From: Dimorphilus gyrociliatus
Lineage: Eukaryota > Animalia > Annelida
Assembly: GCA_904063045.1 (NCBI GenBank)
Contig: CAJFCJ010000006.1
Coordinates: 2,222,946 to 2,286,945, forward strand
Direction of reading: 5' to 3'
DNA length: 64,000 nucleotides
Part shown: positions 42,037-52,763 of the stretch, in pieces
How the letters are laid out: each line of letters opens with the position of its first letter
How positions within the stretch are numbered: the first letter of the stretch is position 1
Notes under the pieces: generated by a model
What the model was told of the DNA's origin: nothing
Database searches by the model: none
Seen by the model: only the letters and a program-made list of their open reading frames with translations
Position numbers and translations under genes: made by a program

Positions 42037-43229
42037 ATGGTTCTTTACTTTGTCAGCAATGGTAAGGATATATTCAAATTTATTTCGTGACTACAAAAGT
42101 ACTCATCCCACGTTTCAATCGAGTCATGAATTTCGTAATTGTCTCTTTTCAGCTGTATCACCATCTTACACGATTTATATGGGAGAAGATAAATTTGAAA
42201 GTTTGTGTATATCAAATAATTTTGTCGCGGAATACATTTTTAACATTTTCCAGATGAACATCTTATAAAGTGGGGTTGGCCGGAAGATGTATGGTAAGTT
42301 ATTTTATGAGAAATAATGTTGTATAGTATTTTTACGAGATGAGACATTTAAAAAAGCACAAAGTAAAAACATTTTCTTCAATATAACTCATTAACGAAAT
42401 TTGTTTTATTTTGTATAATTAACTTCATTCTATTGTTATTTATGTGTCAACTCAAAAAAATTTGAATTGTATATAAGACATACTATGTTTTTTATGGTGA
42501 ATAACGAGCATATAGATGGCGTACCGAGTATATTGAAGTATCTCGATTAGCTCTACCGTATCGCTTGACTTTTGTTATAGATTTGTTTATATACATAGTA
42601 TATGTATACACTCTTATTACAATCAAGGTTTCACGTTGATAAATTATCATCGGCTCACGTCTACTTGAGGTTGAGAAAAAACGAGACACTGGACGATGTT
42701 CCTCAGGATGTTATCATCGACTGTGCCCAATTGGTCAAGGCGAATAGTATTCAAGGGAATAAAATGAATGATATCGATGTTGTTTATACAATGTGGGAAA
42801 ATTTAAAAAAAACTGGAGGAATGGAAGTTGGTCAGGTCGGCTTTCATCGTGAAAAAGAGGTAAATAGTCACAAGTATTGACCTTAAAACTATAATTTTTA
42901 AGGTTATAACGTAAAAGATGAAATATACCAATTTCTATTATTAGGTTAGAAAAATTCGCGTGGAAAAAAGAACTAACGAAATAGTAAATCGATTAAATAA
43001 GACTAAAGTAGATAAAAAAGATGTTGACTTGCAAGCCGAAAGAGAGGAAAGAGATAGGAAAGAAAGAGAAGTACAAAAAGCAAAACTAAGAGAACAGAAA
43101 AAGAGAGAAAAAGAAGAAGAAGAGAAAAGACAGAAGGAATTGGAAGTTCGTAGTTATAAATCATTAATGAAATCAGAAAATATGACATCTAATCAGGATG
43201 ATGGTAATGATAGCGATGATTTTATGTAA
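42037..43229 (+). CDS. CCDC25: Coiled-coil domain-containing protein 25 (NFACT-R domain; multi-exon)
   Basis: [48 protein letters not shown]...[14 protein letters not shown]...DDFM. Confidence 0.96.
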
Positions 43230-44305
43230 AATTATACTCAATTAATATAACTGTCAAAGAATTTCACTCTAAAATGACAATACAATTTTAATACACACTA
43301 AAAAAACTGAGAAGATCTTTAACAGATTACAATAGGAAACCGAATATTTACCGTCTAGAAGCTTACATGATATGATTTGCAACTATGGAGATATATTTCT
43401 GATAAGACTTTTCTGATATGATAATAAAACTCGGTTCCAGTTTCAGAACGATATTCCAGGTTATTGCACGCATATACTCATATACTAATTAAAAACACCC
43501 TGCTTGTTTATTATTAATACCCTGAATTGAGTTACGTTATACGCATTTTATATAAATATTATTCGACGTCTTTTTTATAAAAAAAAAAGCATGCAAAGTA
43601 TTTACACGGAAACAAATGGAACAATATCATTTCAGTTTTTCCAGCTGTATAGAATATGGCGGAGACTGATTTTCATAGGAGTTGTATAACGTCTATAATT
43701 AAATAGATTCATGTACAAAAAAACACCAATGTTAAACTGTATACATCTATTTACAATGAGTTATGTTTATTTTAACATTGTAAAGAAATAAACTTGATGT
43801 CTTTATGTTGATGATTAGTTTCTTTTTCAAGAGAAACACTTTATTCTTACCTCTAGTTATCTTTTTGTTCAGAGTATAAGGGTATTTATACATTATACGA
43901 TAGTTTCTATATTAGCTTTCCCTTACTTTTAGCCCACTTTTTTGTTTTATCATTTTTGGTATTATGTGCATGACGCTTCTTATCAATTTATGATTTTTAT
44001 CTATGAAACGGTTTAATTATTCATAAAAATTAAATTCTTCGTGACTTTCTTAAGTTGAAAAGGGATGGCAAAGTTTGATAAAGTTTTTTCTATATAAATC
44101 TGGTTACCTGTTCAAATCTATTATGTACTAATATTTTATCATTGTGGAAGGGATAACCATACCGTTTCTTGGACTGTTACTCTTTTAAATTAAGCCTTTT
44201 CGGTTTAGATTTGCTACCAGACGTTAGTCTTTAAAAAACAACTTATCTAATAACTCTGATATTTCACACTTTCTTTAAATTCTATTAAAGAACTTTTGGA
44301 GCAAA

Positions 44306-47300
44306 ATGCTTTGGAAGGCGTGTGCTCTGCTGTTTTTCGTTGCATCAATTGGCTCTTCTTTTGGTGATCGTAACAATATTACAGCAGCTAAAATATGGCT
44401 TGAAGAATATAATACAGAGGCTGAAAAAGTACGTCCCGAAGCTCAAGAAGCATCTTGGACATGGAATACTAATATAACAGACTATAACAATCGCCTAAAA
44501 GTAAGTTAATATTTTCATATAAATCATATTTCTTAAATTTTTTTCAATATTATTTCAATCTTTTCTCCCTTCACACAAAGTATGATGTTAACCATCAAAT
44601 ATCTTTGTTAATCTTTTAAAAACCTTAACGAAAGAGGAGATTATCGAGAGTTTATATAACTTTTGAGTGGATTAAAAGAAAAGTTAAGCACTTAATTCAT
44701 TTTCTCCTCAACTAAAAGAAGCTGTTTTATTGTGTAATGTACAAAATGGGCTGTAATCAATATACTAAGATTTTGATAAGATACTGCAAATTTCAAGTGT
44801 TTATGAGCAAATTGTTTGATGAGAAAATTTATTATTTCTAACAATGTTTCTATTGTTTTTCAAGAGGATGAAAGATGTTTACTCTCTCATCTTTTAATTT
44901 CTGATCTATTTAGAAACAAAACGTTAGTTTTCCACTAAAAAAACATTAAAAAGCTTTTTCTCGTATCAATTTGTTATAATGTTCGATATACAAAAAGTAT
45001 AAAATATATACAAAACACATATATGCTATTGTCCATGTGCCAAGAAACAGCAGATAGAAAGGTCGACTGATAACTATGTATAATATAGTCTTGAGATATA
45101 ATATTCTATTTAATTACCTTTTCCAGCTACCTGTTACTAATAAAATACATTCTGCTATCTTTTATTAGAGAGTTACGCCTATTGAGTATCTGTTTAGATA
45201 AGACAAAATGTCTGTAAAGTATAGATTATAACTTAAGAATGTAAATTAGAATAAAGTTTAACATTTTATTTTATCGCTAATTTTCATGTTTTAAGATTAA
45301 ACTCTATTATCTAGTGTACGTCTTGATAAATATGTATTTATAACGTATTTAGCATATAAAATAACCTTACTGCAAATGAATAAACAATGGATAAAATATC
45401 AAATTGAAGTTTTATTACTATTATTTTCTTTAATTTCAATAGTCAAATTAAATTATTTATACAATATTATAATTATTATTAAATGTCAAGTAATTTATTG
45501 TATTTATAACCCAATTAATTGTAACTTCAATATGTCGCTTTGCTTTTATTATATAAGTATATTTTAGCTATTAAGTTTATCTTTAAAAATGTTCATTAGT
45601 TGGAAGCTGAAAAGAAGAAATCTGAATTCGATAAACGCTCTTATAATCAAACTTTGAATTGGGATTGGAAAAATTTTACCGAGATCAATGCTAAAAGACA
45701 ATTCTATAAGATTGCCGATATTGGAGAATCGGTTCTACCGACAGATAAATTTCAACAGATCACTAAAGCAAAATCCAATATGCAAAGCGTATACTCAAAG
45801 GCTAGAGTTTGTAATAAACCTGGAGATCAGGATCCATCCAAATGTTACCCATTAAATCCAACTTTGGAGAATATTATGGCCAAGTCAACTGATTGGAAGG
45901 AGCTAGCTTGGGCTTGGGAGGGATGGAGAAATGAAACTGGAAGGAAAATGCCCGATGATTATGAAAAATTTGTTGAACTAGCAAACGAAGCTGCCGGTAT
46001 GAATGGCTACACAGATAATGGAGACTATTGGAGAAGTTGGTACGAAACCGAAAACTTTGAAAAACAAATGGAGGAGCTATTTATCGGTTTGAAAGACTTG
46101 TATAAACTACTACATGCTTATGCAAGAAAAAAGCTAAAGGAAAGATTTGTTGGTCATCCATTTCCCGATAGTGGTCAAATTCCAGCCCATCTCTTAGGAA
46201 ATATGTGGGCTCAGAGTTGGGGAAATTTGTTCACACTTTTAGCTCCCTATCCCGGAAAACCTTTAGATGTAACTGAAATGATGAGGGAACAGGTTCTTTT
46301 CAATTCTTTCTATCACCTATTCAATCTTTACATACTAAATTTTCTCTCTTAGAACTATACTACAAGAAAAATGTTCGATTTGTCTGAAAAATTCTTTACC
46401 GATCTCGGTTTGGACCCTATGCCACCCAAATTCTATAATGACTCTATGTTGGATAAGCCAGAAGACGGTAGAGACGTTGTATGCCACGCATCGGCATGGG
46501 ATTTTTACAACCGAAAAGACTTCCGGTATGAAATTTTTTAACTTGAATTTCTTGTTAAACATAACATCTTCAAGTATGGAATTTTTTATATGTTTTCTTT
46601 TTATTTCTAATTTTAAAAGTATTAAACAATGTACTCAAGTGACAATGGATTGGTTGATAACAACGCATCACGAAATGGGTCATGTTCAATACTTTTTGCA
46701 ATACAAAGATCAACCAGTGGTTTTTAGAAGGGGTGCCAATCCAGGTTCGTTTAATAGTAACAAACAAACAAAAAGCAAATAGAGTTTTTTATATATTAAT
46801 AGTATTTTTTTTATTTTGTTTATTTAATCTTCTTTAAACTTGAATTGGCGTCTCTAGTTGATAAATATTTTGTTTACGATTTTCTCACATTTACTCAGGA
46901 ATACTGAGTGACAACTTCATTTAAAATTATCATACAGAATCAAACAATGTACTCGAATAACTATGGATTGGTTGATTACAACACACCATGAAATGGGTCA
47001 TGTACAATACTACTTACAATACAAAGATCAACCAGTAGTATTTAGAAGGGGTGCCAATCCAGGTTAAAGAAGTTTAAATTCGCAATAACTTCATATCTGA
47101 ATTAATATTTCCCACAATTTGCTTATATTTTTATAATGTTTTAATATAGGTTTCCATGAAGCTATTGGAGATGTTCTTGCTCTGTCTGTATCTACACCTA
47201 AGCATTTAAAAAAAATTAATTTACTCAGGCCAAATCAAAATCCAGATGATGAAGGTTTAAAATATTTTATAATGATGATAATTTAATTAGTGAAATATTT

Positions 47301-48350
47301 TTTTTATGTATTTGTTTTTTATCTTAGAACTACAATTAAACTTCCTTATGAATCAAGCTTTGAAAAAAATTGCTTTTATTCCCTTTGGCTATCTTATTGA
47401 CCAATGGCGTTGGAAAGTATTTAAAGGAGAAACTAAGAAAGATGAATACAACGAAGACTGGTGGAATTTAAGATGCAAACATCAAGGTGTCTCCCCACCC
47501 GTCCAAAGATTTAACACAGATTTTGACGCTGGTTCTAAATTTCATGTTCCAAACAATACACCTTACATCAGGTAATAAATATATTTTCTACTATAAAAAA
47601 AAGACATGAAAGTACAGTTCCGATGATTGTTTTTTCCAGATATTTCGTAAGTTACGTCATCCAGTTCCAATTCCACAAAGCTCTTTGTAAGGAAGCAGGA
47701 CACAACGGCCCATTACACAAATGCGATATTGATCAATCCACAGAAGCCGGCAACAAGCTTGCGTAAATTTTAAATTACACTTAATTATGGTATGCATATT
47801 TCCTAACTCTAATAAATCCAATAGAGCTATGATGAAATTAGGATCATCCAAAGAATGGCCTGACGCAATGGAAGCAATAACAGGTATATAACACAAAGAT
47901 AATTAATCTTTTAATATCGTATATTCATTGAAAATTGAACAACAGGTCAAAGAAAGATGAATGTCAGCGATCTTATAGAATACTTTGCACCATTGGAAGA
48001 TTGGCTTAAGAAAGAAGTTAAAAATGAAACACTTGGCTGGGATGATCAGTGTGGAAGGGTTAGTATTATTACTTACTAATACATATAAATACAGATTTAC
48101 ATGCATATAAATATATAAATTGTTATAGAATTTTACCATCCCCACTCCCCCTCCAGTAAGATAAATTTAATACTTTAGCAATTTACCATTTCTTATATTC
48201 AACAAAAATTTTCAGACTTCACCTCCAACTACACCAACACCAACACCCCAATCGTCTACAGTTAAACCTACTAGTGGTTTTGATAGTATCCATAATAATA
48301 AAACTTTTATTGGTATCTTTATAGCAATTCTTGCTATTTTTGTGCGATAA
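44306..48350 (+). CDS. ACE: Angiotensin-converting enzyme (peptidase M2), single catalytic domain, with duplicated active-site exon and a GPI-signal-like C-terminus
   Basis: Signal peptide, [49 protein letters not shown] and YIRYFVS..QFQF. A Pro/Thr stalk precedes a short hydrophobic end. Confidence 0.97.
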
Positions 48351-48706
48351 ATACACACTTGCGTTTAAGCATAGTCACTATCTCTCTGTCTCTTGTAACT
48401 CAAAGCTGAGCATTTTTGCTACATAAATTCCTTTTATATATCTTATCTCTCTCTCTCTGTTTGCTTAATAATTGCAGATATTTTAATAGTTACAAAGTAC
48501 TCTAATGATACATATTGTTTGTCAACAATAACTACTTCTATGTTTATTTTAGTTTTCTGATTTCTGAATAAAAGATTTAGATGGATGTATTAACTTAAAC
48601 AGTAAATAAACTTTAAAAGATACTAATACATCATGTTTCATATGTTACTATTATTTTTATTTACAAATAAATAGAGAATTTCTAATTGAATATGTAATTT
48701 AATTGA

Positions 48707-49468
48707 TTATTTCACTTTAACTGGAATCTTTGAACGATTTAACCAATTTCTTTTCAGATTTGGGGTAATGGAATGCGGACAAAATCCATATTTATAGCTA
48801 TTTATATCATTTTTCATTGAATTAGATTTAATCGATTTTTCAATGACTTGACCATTATTTTCTGGATATTTCAATTCTTTTGTATCTGTGCTAAATGTAA
48901 AAGTTACATCAACACTTTCGTCATCTCCTTCTGTATGACTTCCTGAGACTTCTGATTTTGATTTCATTGTCGTTTTAAACAAGTTCACTTTATTTTTTCG
49001 ATTACCGGATATTGTCTTTGTTTTAGTGTTTGACCTTTTGACCGAGTTTATCGCTCCATCAACGTCAGTTACAGATTCTAAAATTGATATTGGGATGCCT
49101 TTTATTTTTGACGATAGGGTTCTAGCTGTATTCATTACAGTTGGACTACAACTTCTTCGTCTTGGGGGTGATACTAAAGATTTCTTAAGCCTATTAGAAG
49201 GAGCTTGAATTGAAAATGATGCAGCTTTTACAGATTTTGATCTTTTCATTGGAGTTCTTTTCAAACTTTTGACTGTTCTTAAATATTCGTTTGCCTCTAA
49301 TCTGACAGACTCCATCTCTTTCCAAATGTTTTTATTCTCTTCGTCTATTTGTTTATATTTGCCTTGGTAAACTAAAAATAACTTTTCGATTTCATTGAAT
49401 GAATTTTTTATATTCTCCAAATTTTTACTGACATCTTCTTCAATTAAATATTTTTGGAATTCCACCAT
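48707..49468 (-). CDS. Uncharacterised single-exon protein (N-terminal coiled coil, S/K/R-rich disordered region, C-terminal SxIP)
   Basis: 253-codon ATG-initiated ORF in AT-rich DNA, far longer than expected by chance; no family recognised. Confidence 0.7.
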   Translation of the reverse strand: MVEFQKYLIEEDVSKNLENIKNSFNEIEKLFLVYQGKYKQIDEENKNIWKEMESVRLEANEYLRTVKSLKRTPMKRSKSVKAASFSIQAPSNRLKKSLVSPPRRRSCSPTVMNTARTLSSKIKGIPISILESVTDVDGAINSVKRSNTKTKTISGNRKNKVNLFKTTMKSKSEVSGSHTEGDDESVDVTFTFSTDTKELKYPENNGQVIEKSIKSNSMKNDINSYKYGFCPHSITPNLKRNWLNRSKIPVKVK

Positions 49469-49976
49469 TTTTTTATGTTTTCCTTTCTTTCCTTTCAGAT
49501 TTTTTAAATTTTTAAATCACAATCAAATTAAACTATTTAATTTAAAGGTCATTTTTTCCATTCAGTGCTGAGATTATTCAATTTATTATTGTAATTTGAG
49601 AAGAATAGTCAAGTTATTTGTAGTAAATAATGATCTCTTTGATATTTATTATTCAAAATTCAATAGTTTTCTTTCTCTACAACAAACAAATATTTATATC
49701 ACTTATATTCTTGTAGGAGGACACTTATACACATTAGTTAAGAAAGTTTTAAACAATACAACCATGCTATTCCAACGCGGCTGAAGAAAATTTAACAAGT
49801 ACCCGGCTATTATATTACGAAAAAGACGTTTAATGGAAATTGGTGCGAAACTTATTTTGACAGTAAGTTTATTTTGAATCGTAAATACCGAAAATGTATA
49901 TATTCCTCGATGAATCTTTAATAAAGTTACGTTTAATTGTTTTTACTTTCAGACAGGGTACCATTTTAAGATAGAG

Positions 49977-50997
49977 ATGTCTCAGAATCAATCTTTATGC
50001 CATGATTATAACTGCGTTCATTATCATATAACTGATCCGATTCCATCAGCAATTTTGTCAAGAGAAGAACTAAACGTATTTTATATTTTATTCCATAAAA
50101 TACAAACAGCTCTGAGGCGAGAAAAAAAAGACACCTTCAAACAACCTTTTCCTCCTGACTTTCCTTCTTTAAGTGTCGGATCGAAGAGAAAAGTAAAGAG
50201 TCTCCAATCTTCAAAAGAAGAAAGTGTAAAAAGCATCAGAGAATTACCTCTGGATTCCGTCAGATCAAGAAAGAGAATATGCGAAGAGGCTGAAAGAGGT
50301 GTTTATTGACATTTTTGAAAGTTATTCAAATGTTTTAAGTCAAAGAAAATTTTCTTCTTTTTTATAACTCAGATCGAAGCTCAACGCCAATCACAATTTA
50401 CAATAAAGGAATGCTACTGGATAGACCGAAAGAGGAAAAGATTCAGAACGTATTAAAGAATGAGAGTGAGAATTCAGAAGAGGACATCGATGACATTATT
50501 GAAATGAATGACTGGTCATTAGTGGAAGTACCAGAAGAACAGTCGTTAGCGATCTGCGGTATTAGCAGGTTATTATTGCAGTAAGATCGCTTTTTTATAG
50601 CAAATAGTTTATTATTAATCTTTCTTAGGAATCGAAAAGGATATGAACAATCACGAACTGTTATAAGAAGACGATCCTCGAGAATTGTCCAATGTCTTGG
50701 AAACTCATCAATTTATCTAGTAGGGAGAATAAATGAGGAAGCAGTTTCGAAATACGGTTGGTTTATTTTTTAAAAAGAGGCTATAAATCAGTGTATTGAA
50801 GACCTTTCAATATTATAAACTTAGACTTCTCTCAAGAAATGATAGCAGCTTTTAAAAATGGATTTCCTCCTGACTGGAAACAATACGTTAAATATCACTA
50901 TAAGCAAAAGACTATAAGAGATCGAATAGAGCAGCCAATAAGCTACAATGTGAGAGACAATTTGAATGACAAGGTTCTTCGTAGACCATTGTACTAG
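49977..50997 (+). CDS. SANTA-domain protein, paralog 1; exons 49977-50298, 50373-50568, 50629-50756, 50825-50997 (in-frame upstream ATG at 49833 possible)
   Basis: Spliced C-terminus MNDWSLVE...AICG...IRRRSSRIVQCLGNSSIYLVGRIN...DFSQEMIAAFKNGFPPDWK fits the SANTA pattern (W..EG..S..ER..Y.L.G..GFP.NW) of KNL2/M18BP1. Confidence 0.75.
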
Positions 50998-51366
50998 TAG
51001 TAGATTGATTATTAGGAGAAGTTGGTGAATTTCGTCTAACTTTCACACTGCTTGGGCTATTTTTTGATTCCTTTTCTAATTAAAAGTATCTAATCGAATA
51101 CTTTCAATTAATTTTGTTTATAATTAACCAGGCTTATAAAACAACAGTATTAAATTTTTGTTTAATAACTATGTCATTGATTAACGTAGATATAACAATT
51201 GTTAAAAAATGTTAATAAAATATTTTGGTTTGTCTTTTCTAAAGTGAGAGTATTTCAAATTCAACGATAGTCTAAAAAAGATTATTTTAATTAGATAATT
51301 TATAATAACATTTATTGGTTCTTACCGTTATAATATGAAACGTTTTGATAAATATTTTAAGGCTGT

Positions 51367-52446
51367 ATGAAAACATTTCAGAGTTTTGAAAATGACTCGG
51401 CGACATTAGGTCTTGGTTGCAATTCGAAAAACTGCTTCCATATTCATATGAAGGACAATTACCTGATAGAAGTGTTATCGACAGAAGAAATAAAAATTTT
51501 CACAATGCTTGTTCAAAAGATTCAAACATTCAACGAAACAAGGTTTATAAAATTTGGCATTTGTAAAGATGAAGTTAGAAGCGTCCTCTCCAGAGACAGT
51601 TTCGATAGACAATCCTCAAGACAGAACATGAACTGTGCTAGAACAGTAAAAATTGAAGATAGCAAGTCAGAGACTGATTTCTCAGACTCAGAGGGAATAG
51701 GTAAAAAATATTTGGTGATTAATTGAGTAATTTGAAATAGTTATTTGTAAAATAGATGGGAGAAGAAAACCTGAAAAATTTGCTGTAAACAGTAAGATTA
51801 AATTGATTGTTTTGTCGGCCTCTAAAAAAATTCTATGTGTAATTACTAACATTTCTATCAATTTTGTAGATCAGAGAAGAAATCCTTCAAAATTTGTTGG
51901 AAATAATCCTCTCCTCGAAGACCTAGAAAGCAAAGAATTGAATGAATCAATAGAATATGAAATGGATGAAATTTGTGAACCAAAGTTAGGCGATTTTAAA
52001 CAATTATTCAACTGGTCACTTGTTGAAAATAAAACCGAAACTGGAATATTTTATATTGGAATAGAAGGGTTCATTAAGTATATTTTTTCTTGAATTAGTC
52101 TAGCTCTTATATTTAATAGCTGTTGTTTTTCAGCGACAGTAAAAATGATATATATAAGTCAGATGAAGTTGTAGAACGCTGTAAATCAAATTTAGTAGAA
52201 TGTCGTGACGGCTTGTTATTTTATCTTGTTGGACAATTAAATATTACTGTTACTCTCCAAAATGGTAACTTTCTTACATCTGTATTGACTTGATGTCTAA
52301 AAATATAAAAAAATTCCTTAATTTTAGGATTTTCAAAAAAAGTTATCGATCAGTTTAGAAATGGTTTCCCAGAAAACTGGAAAGATCTCCTTCAACAGCA
52401 TCTTAGAAGAAGGAAAATGAAAAGACCAAGTTTATTTACAAAATGA
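51367..52446 (+). CDS. SANTA-domain protein, paralog 2; exons 51367-51700, 51756-51791, 51870-52077, 52134-52264, 52328-52446
   Basis: LFNWSLVE...IGIEGFINDSKNDIYKSDEVVERCKSNLVECRDGLLFYLVGQLN...GFSKKVIDQFRNGFPENWKDLL closely follows the remembered human M18BP1 SANTA domain (FGFPENWK). Confidence 0.8.
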
Positions 52447-52763
52447 AAGTTTATTCAAAAAATTCTTGAAACGTTGTCCGAATTTTCATTCTCTATTAAT
52501 AATTGTATACTTTTCTGTTTTATTTAAGTTACTTTTATAAAAAAAATACTACATATAGTTTTTTAAATACAGTCTTTTAGAATTATTCTAATTCGAACAT
52601 ACTCACCTTGTAAACCGGAAGTCACTACTAAAATGATTTAGGCATACCCTTTATTTTGAAAAGCAGGCGCCATTTATCTGGTCCACTCTAAAAAATAAGA
52701 ATTATTTTTCCTCCTCAGAGGAATTCTTAATATTTTACCGAAAATAATATAAAGGATATTAGA

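Noticed and set aside
46620-47062. The duplicated ACE exon as a simple assembly artefact or dead copy
   Set aside because: The copies differ mostly at synonymous sites, both keep intact splice sites, length and HEMGH, and the flanking introns are not duplicated in recognisable form.
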